Of a DNA stretch of 64,000 bases, positions 51,844 through 62,220 are shown piece after piece. The notes below the pieces were generated by a model. It was not told the origin of the DNA. It worked only from the letters and a program-made list of their open reading frames with translations, and did not search any database. The stretch comes from an uncultured delta proteobacterium (GTDB taxonomy: Bacteria > Myxococcota > Myxococcia > Myxococcales > Myxococcaceae), in NCBI GenBank assembly GCA_963796055.1, contig CAWCKH010000004.1, positions 480,001-544,000 of the forward strand. Reading direction: 5' to 3'. A program made the position numbers and the translations under genes. Each line of letters begins with the position of its first letter. The stretch's first letter is position 1.

Positions 51844-52992
51844 TCAGCTGATCCGGCACTCGGGCTGGGGGGTGCCCGCCCGGGTGATGACGATCTGGTA
51901 CAGCTGCATGAAGCGGGCGCGAAATGCCCCCGCGCACGAGAGCAGGTAGTACCGCCACATCCGCCGGAACCGGTCGCCGTAGCGGGCGCGCAGGTTCGGC
52001 CACGCCTGCTCGAAGTTGTCTGCCCATGCCATCAGGGTCCGGTCGTAGTGCGGACCGATGTTGTGGACGTCCTCGGGCACGAACAGCCCTTCCATCGCCC
52101 CGCTGACCTGCGCCAAAGAGGGGATGGCGGCATTGGGAAAGACGTACCGATGGAACCAGGCGTCGATCAGCAGCTGCCGGGTGTTGCTCCCGATGCTGTG
52201 GATGAAGGCGACGCCCCCGGGCTGGAGGCAGCGGTCGACCGTCTCCATGTAGACCCGGTGGTTCCTGTGGCCGACGTGCTCCATCAGCCCGATCGAGACC
52301 ACGGCGTCGTACCGGCCGCGCGCCACGCGGTAGTCGGCGAGGTGAAGCGTGACCGGAAGACCCCGGCACAGCTCGGTGCCCAGCGCCACCTGCTCCCGCG
52401 ACACGGTGTAGCCGGTCACCTCGACGCCGTACCTCTCCGCGGCGTGGCGGGCGAACGTGCCCCAGCCGCAGCCGAGCTCGAGCAGCTTCATCCCCGGGCA
52501 CAGGCCGAGCTTGTGGCAGACGAGATCCATCTTTGCGCGCTGCGCCTCGCCGAGAGTCCGCGCGTCCTTCCAGTACGCGCAGGTGTAGGCCAGTGTCTCG
52601 CCCAGCATCGCCTGGTAGAGATCATTCCCGATGTCGTAGTGACGCCCGGCCGCCGCGGACGCGCGCACCGCGCTCTGGAGATTCCACACCCGCGCTCTGG
52701 CGGCATCGATCGCGGTGCGCCAGCTGGGCAGAGGTCTCTTCACCCCTGCGAGGATCAGCCTGGCGGTGAGCTGGTCGAGCGCACCGGAGTCCCACTGCCC
52801 ATCCACGTAGGATTCGCCCAGGCCCAGGCGACCGTCGCGCAGGACCCGCAGGTAGAAGCGGCCATCGTGCACCTGGATGTCGTGGGGGCGGGTTCCGCCC
52901 ACCCGAACGTCGGCGGACTCGAGGAGGCTGCGCACCGTCCGCTCGGCGCGCCCGACCAGCATCCGCGGAAGGACCGTCCTCCCAATGGTCAT
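51844..52992 (-). CDS. cfa: Cyclopropane fatty-acyl-phospholipid synthase-family methyltransferase
   Basis: GLGESYVDG.W, HYDIGNDLY, YTCAYW, LELGCGWG, SIGLMEHVG, YVFPN, FRRMWRYYL. Confidence 0.92.
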   Translation of the reverse strand: MTIGRTVLPRMLVGRAERTVRSLLESADVRVGGTRPHDIQVHDGRFYLRVLRDGRLGLGESYVDGQWDSGALDQLTARLILAGVKRPLPSWRTAIDAARARVWNLQSAVRASAAAGRHYDIGNDLYQAMLGETLAYTCAYWKDARTLGEAQRAKMDLVCHKLGLCPGMKLLELGCGWGTFARHAAERYGVEVTGYTVSREQVALGTELCRGLPVTLHLADYRVARGRYDAVVSIGLMEHVGHRNHRVYMETVDRCLQPGGVAFIHSIGSNTRQLLIDAWFHRYVFPNAAIPSLAQVSGAMEGLFVPEDVHNIGPHYDRTLMAWADNFEQAWPNLRARYGDRFRRMWRYYLLSCAGAFRARFMQLYQIVITRAGTPQPECRIS

Positions 52993-54149
52993 GCGTTCGC
53001 CTCCCGCGTCTCACCGGACCGCAGAACCCTGCGCAGCAGAAGGCCGCCAGGAAGGGGACGACCGCTGAACATCCAGGCGAATGCCCGCGCCGTCGCGGAC
53101 CGCGCCAGCCGGCCGGGCGCGCGCGCCGGAGCATCGGACCGGCGGCGCAAGGCGATGCACGCGCGGAGGAGGTCGCGGGTGAGCGCGTAGTCGCGGAACG
53201 TCGGGTGTCGTGCGAGGAGGGCGCGGTACGCCAGCGGCGCGCCGTCGAGGATCGCCTCGGCGCAGGCGCTGCCCGACAGCACCGCCGGGAGGATCCCCTC
53301 GGCGGTCAGCGGATGGGCCAGCCCGAGCGCGTCACCCACCAGGAAAGCGCCGTCGCGGTGGCACCGATCGAGGTGCGCCGGATCGAACAGGTAGTAGGAG
53401 TGTCCCTCCACGTGCTCGAGGGAAGTCTGAGCGCCCGCTGGAAGGTGGCCGCTGTGGAGGAACGAGTCCCGCGCCGTCGCCCATGCCGATCGCACGCGCC
53501 TGGCGGCCGCGGTGCCGGTTCCGACGTTCAGCCACCCGCCCTTGGGCACGTTCCACGAGTAGCCGCCCAGGTCATCGTGGAGGAGGAGCTCCGGCTCGCC
53601 GTCGGCCCCGACGCGGGTCGCGGCGATCTCCGCGGGGTCGGCCTCGAACTCGCGCTCCTGCACGGCGACCGGGTTGCCGGGCCTGGCGGGGAACAGCGTG
53701 CGCGCGACGGGGCAGTGCGTGCCGCCGGCGCCCACCAGCCAGCGCGCAGCGAACGCGCGATCGACGATCCACGACCCATCCGCGCGCTCCAGCGTCGCCA
53801 CCGGGTGGCCGTCGATCACCGTGGCCCCGCTGCGCCGGAGGAGGAAGTGGTCGAACTCCCACCGGCGGATGAAATCGCCGCGGGCGGCGATGCTGTGCCG
53901 CTCCCCCCGGTACTCGACGTGGCAGCGCCGCCAGGGCCAGAGCCCGCCGGTGTACTCGCGGCGGGAAAGCTCCAGCACCTCCCATACCGGCGGACTGACC
54001 CACCCGGCGCACAGCTTTACCCGGGGGAACCGCCGCCGGTCGATGACGGCCACCCGTAGCCCACCGCGCACCAGCACCCGTGCACACGCGCTCCCGGCTG
54101 GACCGCCGCCGACGATGAGCGCGTCGAACCGGGTGGGGCTGGGCGTCAC
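52989..54149 (-). CDS. FAD-dependent oxidoreductase, geranylgeranyl reductase-like
   Basis: IVGGGPAGS, FPRVKLCAG, GYSWNVPKG, LVGDALGLAHPLTAEGI. Confidence 0.85.
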   Translation of the reverse strand: MTPSPTRFDALIVGGGPAGSACARVLVRGGLRVAVIDRRRFPRVKLCAGWVSPPVWEVLELSRREYTGGLWPWRRCHVEYRGERHSIAARGDFIRRWEFDHFLLRRSGATVIDGHPVATLERADGSWIVDRAFAARWLVGAGGTHCPVARTLFPARPGNPVAVQEREFEADPAEIAATRVGADGEPELLLHDDLGGYSWNVPKGGWLNVGTGTAAARRVRSAWATARDSFLHSGHLPAGAQTSLEHVEGHSYYLFDPAHLDRCHRDGAFLVGDALGLAHPLTAEGILPAVLSGSACAEAILDGAPLAYRALLARHPTFRDYALTRDLLRACIALRRRSDAPARAPGRLARSATARAFAWMFSGRPLPGGLLLRRVLRSGETREANA

Positions 54150-54278
54150 GCGAGCCCCTCACATAGTGGGCGCGACCGTGCGGCGCATCGGATCAGTTGA
54201 GGTCCACGGCGAACAATCTGCGCAACGTGCTCGGCTTCCCGGTTCGTCGATCCGGATGAGCGAAGGGAGTAACGCCCG

Positions 54279-55145
54279 TTGACCCATCGCCGTGGCTGGC
54301 CCGGCCCGGAACGCCTTCCCTATTTTCGTTCCGTACCAATGTACCTGTGTCACGCGATCGCGATCGTGGGACCATTCCTGGTTCGGTTCTCGTGGACCTA
54401 CGTCGGCCTGGCGCTGGCGCTCTATCTCGGGCGAATGGTCGCGCTCTCCGGCGGCTACCACCGCTACTTCGCCCACCGGAGCTACCGGACCAGCCGTGCC
54501 TTCCAGCTGGTCCTCGCCTTCCTCGGCGGCACCTGTGCCCAGCGAGGACCGCTCTGGTGGGCTGCGAACCATCGACACCACCACCGCCACTCCGATCGGT
54601 CCACCGACATTCATTCGCCACGCGAGCACGGACTGTTCTGGAGCCATCTGGGGTGGGTGATCTCCAAGCGTTTCGAGGAGACTCAGCTCGACCACATCCC
54701 GGACTTCGCCCGGTTCCCCGAGCTCCGGTGGCTCGACCGCCACCACTTCGTCCCGTCCTGGGCCCTGCTGGGAACGCTGTTCCTGCTCGGCGGAGCGCCG
54801 GCCGCGATCTGGGGCTCGTTCGTCTCCACCGTCCTCCTCTGGCACTGCACCTTCACCATCAACTCGCTGGCGCATGCCTTCGGCTCCCGGCGCTACCGGA
54901 CGGAGGACGAGTCGCGGAACAACCCCTGGCTGGCGCTGCTCACCCTCGGTGAGGGCTGGCACAACAACCACCACCACTTCCCGGGGTCGGCCACCCTGGG
55001 GTTCTTCTGGTGGGAGGTGGACCCGACCTACTGGGTACTCAGGTGCCTCGCTGCCGTCGGTCTGATCTGGGACCTGCGCGAGCCCTCCGCGGCGATCCGG
55101 ACTTCCGGGCTCCGGCTGGCCCCGCGCGCAGAAGGGCGGCGATGA
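54279..55145 (+). CDS. Acyl-CoA (delta-9-type) membrane desaturase
   Basis: His boxes YHRYFAHRSY, HRHHHRHSD, EGWHNNHH. Confidence 0.92.
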   Translation: MTHRRGWPGPERLPYFRSVPMYLCHAIAIVGPFLVRFSWTYVGLALALYLGRMVALSGGYHRYFAHRSYRTSRAFQLVLAFLGGTCAQRGPLWWAANHRHHHRHSDRSTDIHSPREHGLFWSHLGWVISKRFEETQLDHIPDFARFPELRWLDRHHFVPSWALLGTLFLLGGAPAAIWGSFVSTVLLWHCTFTINSLAHAFGSRRYRTEDESRNNPWLALLTLGEGWHNNHHHFPGSATLGFFWWEVDPTYWVLRCLAAVGLIWDLREPSAAIRTSGLRLAPRAEGRR

Positions 55146-56581
55146 GCACGGTGCAGCGCTCCTCACGCCCGCGGCTGGACTGGCTGTACGGCGCGGCGCT
55201 GGAGGCACGCGACGACGTCCTGGGCTTCTACCGGCGTTGCGAGCAGCGGGCAGGACTGGTCAAGACGCACATCTGGGGTCTCCCGATCTGCGTGGTCACC
55301 GATCCCCAGCTCATCGAGGAGGTCCTGGTTCGCAAGCAGCGCTGCTTCATCAAGTCGGCGGGGCTGCGCTCGACACGGTTCGCCTTCGGCGAGGGGCTCC
55401 TCACCTCCGACCGGGAGCTCTGGTTGCACCAGCGCCGGACCGTGCAGGGCGCCTTCCATGCCCGCCAGCTGGCGCGGTACGGGCGGCTGATGTCCGAGGC
55501 GTGCGGACGGCTGCTGCGCACGTTCCGCGACGGGGAGACCCGGAACGTCCACCAGGACATGACCGACCTGTGCTTCGAGGTGCTGGCCCGGTCGCTCTTC
55601 GGCGAGGAGCTCCCCGAAGCCCGTGCTCTGGTGGCCGCCACCGCGGAGGCCCTCCATGCCTTCCATCACCTCCACGCGCAGTGGATCGGCGCCGCGGGAG
55701 GCCTGGCCTTCGCGGGTGTCCGTGCGGTGGCCACCGCCCTGGGACGTCCCGACTTCGTGGTGGATCCCACCCTGCTGCCCACGCCCTATGCCCGGCGCTT
55801 TCGCCACGCGGTCCGGGAGCTCGATCGCTTCGTCGCCGAGCTGGTGGTGCGCCGGCGACGCGAGCCGCCCGGCGAGGATTTCCTCTCACTGCTCCTCGGC
55901 GCAACCGACGCCTCGGGCGCGCCGCTGGGGGATCGCCAGATCCGGGACGAGATCGTCACCATGTTCCTCGCCGGACACGAGACCGCCGCCAGCGGGCTGA
56001 GCTGGACGCTCTACCTGCTGGCGCGGCACCCGCAGGTTGCAGAGTCCCTGGCGCTTCAGCTCGACGAGGGCCGAGGCGACCAGCTTCTCGAGCAGGTCAT
56101 GCGCGAGGGCCTCCGCCTCTATCCACCGGCGTACCGGATCAGCCGCACCACGGTCCGCTCCTGCGAGATCGGCGGTCACCCGGTGGAAACCGGGGCGGAG
56201 ATCATGATTCCCCAGTGGGCCGTGCAGCGGTCCGCGCGGCACTACCGGGACCCGGACGAGTTCCAGCCGGAGCGCTGGACCGGGCAATTCCTCACGCAGC
56301 TCCCCCGCTTCGCCTATTTCCCCTTCGGGGGCGGACCTCGGACCTGCATCGGGAGCGCCTTCTCTCAGGTCGAGGCCTCCATCGTCATCGGCGAGCTCTC
56401 CCCGCGCTTCCAGCTCCGGGTTCCTCCCGGTGGCGCCCCCAGGCCGTACCTCGGAGTGACGCTCCTTCCCGAGGGGAACTCGCTTCGCCTCCAGGTCCTC
56501 CGCCGGGAGACCCGGGCCGTCCGGACGCGCCTGCCGACGGCTCCCGTCGGACGCTGTCCCTTCCCTCACCCCGGGTCGTGA
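55142..56581 (+). CDS. Cytochrome P450
   Basis: ATG overlaps the desaturase stop; AGHETA, EGLRLYPP, FQPERW, FGGGPRTCIG. Confidence 0.95.
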   Translation: MSTVQRSSRPRLDWLYGAALEARDDVLGFYRRCEQRAGLVKTHIWGLPICVVTDPQLIEEVLVRKQRCFIKSAGLRSTRFAFGEGLLTSDRELWLHQRRTVQGAFHARQLARYGRLMSEACGRLLRTFRDGETRNVHQDMTDLCFEVLARSLFGEELPEARALVAATAEALHAFHHLHAQWIGAAGGLAFAGVRAVATALGRPDFVVDPTLLPTPYARRFRHAVRELDRFVAELVVRRRREPPGEDFLSLLLGATDASGAPLGDRQIRDEIVTMFLAGHETAASGLSWTLYLLARHPQVAESLALQLDEGRGDQLLEQVMREGLRLYPPAYRISRTTVRSCEIGGHPVETGAEIMIPQWAVQRSARHYRDPDEFQPERWTGQFLTQLPRFAYFPFGGGPRTCIGSAFSQVEASIVIGELSPRFQLRVPPGGAPRPYLGVTLLPEGNSLRLQVLRRETRAVRTRLPTAPVGRCPFPHPGS

Positions 56582-56733
56582 GACGCATCCCACCCTCGGG
56601 TACAGATGGACACCGACGCGCGGACCGTCCGGTACTGGATGCGGGGTAGTTCGGCGACGTTCGCTGGAGGAGCGGCCCGGAGCGCTCCCTGCGAGAGACG
56701 GGGCGCCGGCTGCAAGAACCGCATCCCGTCGCG

Positions 56734-57750
56734 GTGGGCGCTAGCGTCGATGGGGTGACCCGCTCAGGCGCCGCGCTCGCCGTCGCCGCAGCAATCGTCC
56801 TCGCCGGCTGCAGTGGGTCCGAGCCCGGAGGACCCGGTGGCGACGCGGGGACCGTCCAGCGCCCGCCGCCGAGCGCAGGTCATGACCTGGTCTACGACGA
56901 CGCGCTCCGCCTCGTTCTCCTGGTCAATGCTGGCCTGGGGGGCGCGAGCTCCTCGCCCTCGTCCACCCCCACCCAGCTGTGGGGATGGAACGGGACCCGC
57001 TGGAGCCTGCTCGACGACGCGGGCCCCCCGGTGCGCAACCTCGGCGGCGTGGCCTACGACGTGGGGCGCGACGTGCTGGTTCTCCACGGCGGCAGCTACA
57101 GCGCCCAGCTCTCGTACGGCGATACATGGGAATGGAGGTCGGACGCCGGCTGGCGGCGGATCGACGTCCCGGGACCCGGCATTCGCGACCACACCCAGAT
57201 GGCGTACGACCCGCTCCGGGGCCAGGTGGTGCTCTTCGGCGGCCAGCAGGATCCGACCGCCTTTCCGTCCGACACCTGGACCTGGGACGGAGGCCAGTGG
57301 GACTCGGTGAGCGGTCCGTCGCCAGGGGGCCGCGTCCACCATGCGATGCAGTACGATCCCGGAGCCCAGCGGATCATCGCCTTCGGCGGCTTCCAGCCAC
57401 CCTCGGACCGCGGCGACACCTGGGCCTGGGACGGTGGGACCTGGGTCGAGCTTCCTCCCCAGGCCGCGCCGCGGACGCACGGGCGAATGGCGTTCGACGA
57501 GGGTCGCGGCGGCCTGGTGTTCGTCGGTGGGCTGAACGCGACGGACGGAGTCTTGCTCCGGCAGAACGGGAGCTGGAGCCCCCTCGGCGTCGCGGGCGCA
57601 CCTGGGACCCGCTACCTGCCCGGCGTGGCCTACGACCGGGGCCGGGGAGTGCTGGTGGTCTTCGGCGGGGGCGACCCGGTCACCAACCAGCTCTTCGGCG
57701 ACACCTGGGAGCTGGACGGAGCGGCCTGGCACCGCAGAGACGGGCCCTGA
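56734..57750 (+). CDS. Kelch-repeat beta-propeller lipoprotein
   Basis: Lipobox LAGC; repeats AYD....VLFGG....DTW.WDG. Confidence 0.85.
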   Translation: MGASVDGVTRSGAALAVAAAIVLAGCSGSEPGGPGGDAGTVQRPPPSAGHDLVYDDALRLVLLVNAGLGGASSSPSSTPTQLWGWNGTRWSLLDDAGPPVRNLGGVAYDVGRDVLVLHGGSYSAQLSYGDTWEWRSDAGWRRIDVPGPGIRDHTQMAYDPLRGQVVLFGGQQDPTAFPSDTWTWDGGQWDSVSGPSPGGRVHHAMQYDPGAQRIIAFGGFQPPSDRGDTWAWDGGTWVELPPQAAPRTHGRMAFDEGRGGLVFVGGLNATDGVLLRQNGSWSPLGVAGAPGTRYLPGVAYDRGRGVLVVFGGGDPVTNQLFGDTWELDGAAWHRRDGP

Positions 57751-57753
57751 GCG

Positions 57754-59166
57754 CTAGCGCCTCGACCACCAGGCGTAGGCGGGCAAACCGCTGGCGATCA
57801 GCAGCAGCCCGAGCACCGACCGGAGCGGGGTCTGGATCAGGGTGACCGCCACCAGGCCCAGGCAACCCAGGATGAACGCTCCGGTCGTCCAGGGATGGCC
57901 CCACGTCCGGACCGGCCGGGGAGCGTCGGGCAGTTTTCTGCGAAGCACGAAGACCGCCGCGGCGGTGGCGGCGTGGAAGAGCACGCTGGCGAAGACCACC
58001 GCGGTGTAGAGCTCGCTGTACGTTCCGGAGAGGGCGAGCGCCATCGCCCAGGCACCCTGCGCCAGCAGACTCGTCCCGGGCGTGCGATGGCGGGGGTCGA
58101 TCCGGGCCAGCGAGCGGAAGAACACCCCGTCCTGCGCCATGGGAAGGTAGATCCGCGCGCAGCAGAGCACGTTGGCTGCGAGGCAGCCGAACATCGAGAG
58201 GAGGATCACCACCGAGACGGCGCGGGCTGCGTCGGGACCGAGCAGCGCGGCGGCCGCCGCTTCCCCGACCCGCTCCGACCGGGCGAGCTCCGCGGGCCCC
58301 AGAGCCCGGAGGTAGATCCAGTTGATGGCCAGGTAGAGGGCGGCGACCACCGCCACTCCGCCGATCAGCCCCCGGGGAAGGCTTCGTTCCGGCTGTCGCA
58401 TCTCGCCCGCGGAGAAGGTGAGGACGTACCAGCCGTCGTACGTCCAGAGCACGGCCACCATGCCCAGCCCCAGCCCGGCGATCAGCCCCTGGGCGGGGAG
58501 CGGCGCCGACCACGCGGGAGCAGCCGCCGGGGGAACGAGGAGGCCGATCACCACCAGGAGGACCAGAGCGGCGATCTTGAGCGCGGTGGCCGCGTTCTGG
58601 ACCAGCGCTCCCTCCCGAACCCCGAGCCAGTTCACTGCGGTGAGGAAGACGATCGCCAGGGCGCCGGCGAGCTGTGGCCCCCGCACCGTCCAGTGCAGGC
58701 CGCCGAGACCCAGCGAGAGCAGCTCGGTGTCCCCGGAGAACGCGGGAACGAACGCCCCGAGGTACTCGCCGAACCCCACCCCGATCGCGGCGATGGCGGC
58801 ACTCATGATGACCAGGAACGACGTCCAGCCGAACAGGAACCCCCACACCCGGCCGTACGCTTCCTTGAGGAAGTGGTACTGGCCGCCGGCCCGGGGGAAC
58901 ATCGCGCCCAGCTCGGAGTAGGCCAGCGCCCCGGCCATCGCGTAGAGCCCGCCCACCACCCAGAGCAGCAGGATCAGCCCCGGCTGCGGAAGGCCGCGGG
59001 CGATGTCCCCGGTGGTGAGGAAGATGCCGCTCCCCACCGTCGCCCCGACGGTGATCAGCGCCCCGTCCCAGCTGCCCAGCGTGCGAACCAGCGTGGGCTG
59101 TCGCCCGGCGGCCTCCTCGTCCAGGGCGGGGCGGCCAGTGGCGGTCACGCCGGCGCATCCTGCCAC
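57754..59166 (-). CDS. APC-family amino acid permease
   Basis: GATVGSGIF, YSELGAMFPRAGGQY, WTYDGW; about 12 TM helices. Start uncertain. Confidence 0.9.
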   Translation of the reverse strand: MAGCAGVTATGRPALDEEAAGRQPTLVRTLGSWDGALITVGATVGSGIFLTTGDIARGLPQPGLILLLWVVGGLYAMAGALAYSELGAMFPRAGGQYHFLKEAYGRVWGFLFGWTSFLVIMSAAIAAIGVGFGEYLGAFVPAFSGDTELLSLGLGGLHWTVRGPQLAGALAIVFLTAVNWLGVREGALVQNAATALKIAALVLLVVIGLLVPPAAAPAWSAPLPAQGLIAGLGLGMVAVLWTYDGWYVLTFSAGEMRQPERSLPRGLIGGVAVVAALYLAINWIYLRALGPAELARSERVGEAAAAALLGPDAARAVSVVILLSMFGCLAANVLCCARIYLPMAQDGVFFRSLARIDPRHRTPGTSLLAQGAWAMALALSGTYSELYTAVVFASVLFHAATAAAVFVLRRKLPDAPRPVRTWGHPWTTGAFILGCLGLVAVTLIQTPLRSVLGLLLIASGLPAYAWWSRR

Positions 59167-59227
59167 ACACGTTCGGGGCGCTGGGCGGTTTGAGGCGGGG
59201 CTCCGCCCGGGCTAAGCCTCCTGTCCC

Positions 59228-60349
59228 GTGGACCCATCCTTGCGGGAGCTCCTCGCCGCCTTCGACTCCGGCGTTCCCCTGGAGCGGGCGCGCTCCATCC
59301 CCTCCACTTGGTACCGCGACCAACGCGTGGAAGCGCTCGAGCGGGAGCGCGTGTTCGGTGACAGCTGGCAGCTGGTGGCCCGGTCCGATCAGCTCGCCGC
59401 TCCGGGCGACTTCGTCACCGCGGAGGTGGCGGGCGAGCCGTTGCTCGTGCTCCGTGACGACGCGGGCGAGCTCCGCGCCTTCTTCAACGTCTGCCGGCAT
59501 CGCGCGGCGTGCGTGATGACCGAGCCGCAGGGTCAGGCGCGGCGGCTTCGCTGCCGCTACCACGGATGGACCTACGACCTCCGGGGCCAGCTCCGGGGCG
59601 CACCGGAGTTCGACGGAGTCGAGGAGTTCCGCCGCGAGGAGCAGGGCCTGGTTCCGGTGGCGGTCGACCGCTGGGGACCGCTGATCTTCGTGCATCTGGG
59701 GGCCACTCCCCCGTCCCTCGGGCGCTGGCTCGACCCGCTCCCCGGCCGGTTCGGTGCGCTCGACGGCCTCCGCTTCTTCCAGCGGAAGGAATACACCCTG
59801 GCCTGCAACTGGAAGGTCTTCGTCGACAACTACCTCGACGGCGGCTACCACGTGAACTCGGTGCACCCGGCCCTGGGCAGCGTCCTCCAGTACTCGGAGT
59901 ACCGGACCGAGGTCTTCGCCGCGGCGAGCCTGCAGTCGAGCCCGATCCGCGCCGCGAGCTCGGGTCCGGTCGATGCGTCGGCCTCGGCCACCCGGAAGGG
60001 CGATGTCGCCCTCTACGGCTGGGCGTTCCCCAACGTGATGATCAACCTCTACGCCGGGGTGATGGACACCAACGCGGTGTTCCCGCTCGGCCGGGATCGA
60101 TGCCGGGTGGTGATCGACTTCTACTTCGCGGAGCTGGACGGCGAGGAGGCGCGGGCGTTCGCGGAGCGGAGCGTGGAGCTGGGACACCGGATCCAGCTCG
60201 AGGACGTGGGGATCTGCGAGGACGTGCAGCGCGGGCTGGCCAGCCGCTCGTACTCCACCGGGCGCTTCAGCGTCCGCCGGGAGGTTGGCGTTCACCACTT
60301 CCACCGGCTCCTCGCCGCGCGGCTCCAGGCCTCGACCGAGAGTCGCTGA
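59228..60349 (+). CDS. Rieske non-heme iron oxygenase alpha subunit (choline monooxygenase-like)
   Basis: NVCRHRA and CRYHGWTY Rieske ligands; NWKVFVDNYLDGGYHVNSVH; EDVGICEDVQRGL. Confidence 0.9.
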   Translation: MDPSLRELLAAFDSGVPLERARSIPSTWYRDQRVEALERERVFGDSWQLVARSDQLAAPGDFVTAEVAGEPLLVLRDDAGELRAFFNVCRHRAACVMTEPQGQARRLRCRYHGWTYDLRGQLRGAPEFDGVEEFRREEQGLVPVAVDRWGPLIFVHLGATPPSLGRWLDPLPGRFGALDGLRFFQRKEYTLACNWKVFVDNYLDGGYHVNSVHPALGSVLQYSEYRTEVFAAASLQSSPIRAASSGPVDASASATRKGDVALYGWAFPNVMINLYAGVMDTNAVFPLGRDRCRVVIDFYFAELDGEEARAFAERSVELGHRIQLEDVGICEDVQRGLASRSYSTGRFSVRREVGVHHFHRLLAARLQASTESR

Positions 60350-60824
60350 GCCCCGCCGAGATCAGGGCGACGGCCCGGCGCTCCGCCGCCAGGGGACAGG
60401 GTGAGGACGCACCGCGCACCGATCGTTGCGTGACGAATGGGGCATGCCCTTCCCATCGCATGCCTGCAGCGCAGTGCATGAATCCCCGAGGATAGTTTTG
60501 CCGGCGAGTAGCTGCGCTGCTTCCGAGTCCCGCCCGCGTGGGGCGCGACGGAACAGGACGCGCCCTCTCGATCGGACGACGTCGTGCTCGGCGTACGCGC
60601 TCGTGAATCCCGGCGCTTCTGATTGCCGCCGCATCGGTCAGCGTCGGCAGCACCCACACGAACGCACGGGCACAGTGGCTCAGATCACGGCGAGTCCCGC
60701 GCTCGCGATCGATCGCTGCCCGCAACGCGAGATCGAGCGCCGTGTCTCCCGCCAGAAGACACGGACGCAATCAAGCGCCGTTCACAAGGAAAGCAATCAG
60801 CACATGTTCAGAGCAGTCGCGGAA

Positions 60825-61664
60825 ATGAATGTACGTCGGACTCTGGTTTCCCTCGCATCGGTCGTTGCCCTCGCCGCGATCGGATGCGGAGGCGCGAGCG
60901 GTGGCGGCCCCGACAACGGCGGCAACCCGCCCCCGCCCCCGCCCACCAGCAATCTCTCGCTCGCCTCGAACGCGAGCCTCGGCAACTACCTGGTCTCGGC
61001 AAACGGGCGCACGCTGTACTACTTCGCCCTCGATCTTCCGGCGGCCGGTGGGCAGGCGGCGGTCTCCAACTGCACCGGAGGCTGCCTGCCGATCTGGCCG
61101 ATCTTCCACGTCGACGCGCCGGTGGTGGGCGCCGGCCTGGACGCGGCCGATTTCGCGGAGCTCGCCCGCCCCGACGGCGCCAAGCAGACCACCTACAAGG
61201 GCTGGCCCCTCTACTACTTCGCCGGGGATACCAAGGCCGGTGACACCAGCGGCGACAACCTCGGTGACCCCCGTCCGACCGATCTCTGGTTCGTGATCAA
61301 GGCGCCGTTCTACTCGGCGCTGGTCATGACCAAGAACGGCGGCCCAGCGTCCTACCTGGCCGACCCGGCGGGCCGGACAATCTACTTCGATTCGCGGGAC
61401 ACCGTGACCGCGGGCTCGGACCCGGCGCCGACCTGCACCAGCGCATGCCTGAACAACTGGCCGGTCTTCGCCGCGGCTGCCGGCTCGCTCCCCACCGGGA
61501 TCGACCCCGCCAAGCTGACGACCTTCACCCGCGCGGACGGAACCAAGCAGTCGGCCTTCGACGGTCACCCGCTCTACTACTTCGTCGGCGACGCCGCTCC
61601 TGGTGACACCAAGGGTCTCGACATCGTCGCCCCCTTCAAGGCCGTCGACCCGACGGTCCTCTAG
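60825..61664 (+). CDS. Lipoprotein with Yx(F/W/Y)xxD repeats (Lipoprotein_15-like)
   Basis: Lipobox IGC; duplicated GRTLYYF..D..CTGGC..WP...Q.TY.G.PLYYF.GD. Confidence 0.85.
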   Translation: MNVRRTLVSLASVVALAAIGCGGASGGGPDNGGNPPPPPPTSNLSLASNASLGNYLVSANGRTLYYFALDLPAAGGQAAVSNCTGGCLPIWPIFHVDAPVVGAGLDAADFAELARPDGAKQTTYKGWPLYYFAGDTKAGDTSGDNLGDPRPTDLWFVIKAPFYSALVMTKNGGPASYLADPAGRTIYFDSRDTVTAGSDPAPTCTSACLNNWPVFAAAAGSLPTGIDPAKLTTFTRADGTKQSAFDGHPLYYFVGDAAPGDTKGLDIVAPFKAVDPTVL

Positions 61665-61689
61665 CCGCCGCACGTCCGGGAGAACGCCC

Positions 61690-62220
61690 ATGCCGACCCT
61701 GCTACGAGCGGTCCTGATCGCTGGAGGCCTCGTCCACGCAGCGCTGACCAGTCCCTCCGGAGCCGCAGTGCTCATCTCGCTGCAAGGGACGGCTGGGCTC
61801 CACATCGAAGGCACGACCCACGAGCTCGCGATCTCCGAACGCGATGGCGAGCTCCTGTTCCATGTGCCGCTGGCCGGGATGGACACCGGCATCGGCCTGA
61901 GAAACCGGCACATGCGCGGATACCTCGACACCGCGCACTTCCCCGACGCGGAGCTCCGCGTGATGCGGAAGTCAGTGGTCTTCCCCGCGCCGGGAAAGAC
62001 CGCCGAGTCGGAAGCGGTGGGCACCCTCACCCTCCACGGAGTCTCCCGGCCCTGCTCCATCCACTACCGGGTGGAGCAGGTCGGGTCCGGTGAGCTCCGC
62101 GTCCACGGCACGACCCGGATCGACATGCGCGACTTCGGGATCGACGTTCCCTCGTACCTCGGAGTGCACGTCGATCCGGGCGTGGCGATCCAGGTCGACT
62201 TCGCCCTCCGTGACGTATGA
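61690..62220 (+). CDS. YceI-family protein
   Basis: MDTGIGLRNRHMR.YL, GTLTLHGVSR, IDMRDFGI..P. Confidence 0.85.
   Translation: MPTLLRAVLIAGGLVHAALTSPSGAAVLISLQGTAGLHIEGTTHELAISERDGELLFHVPLAGMDTGIGLRNRHMRGYLDTAHFPDAELRVMRKSVVFPAPGKTAESEAVGTLTLHGVSRPCSIHYRVEQVGSGELRVHGTTRIDMRDFGIDVPSYLGVHVDPGVAIQVDFALRDV

Noticed and set aside
60350..60824. Long intergenic region with short ORFs on both strands
   Set aside because: No convincing coding signal, RNA motif or repeat was recognised; it may be regulatory or a decayed gene.
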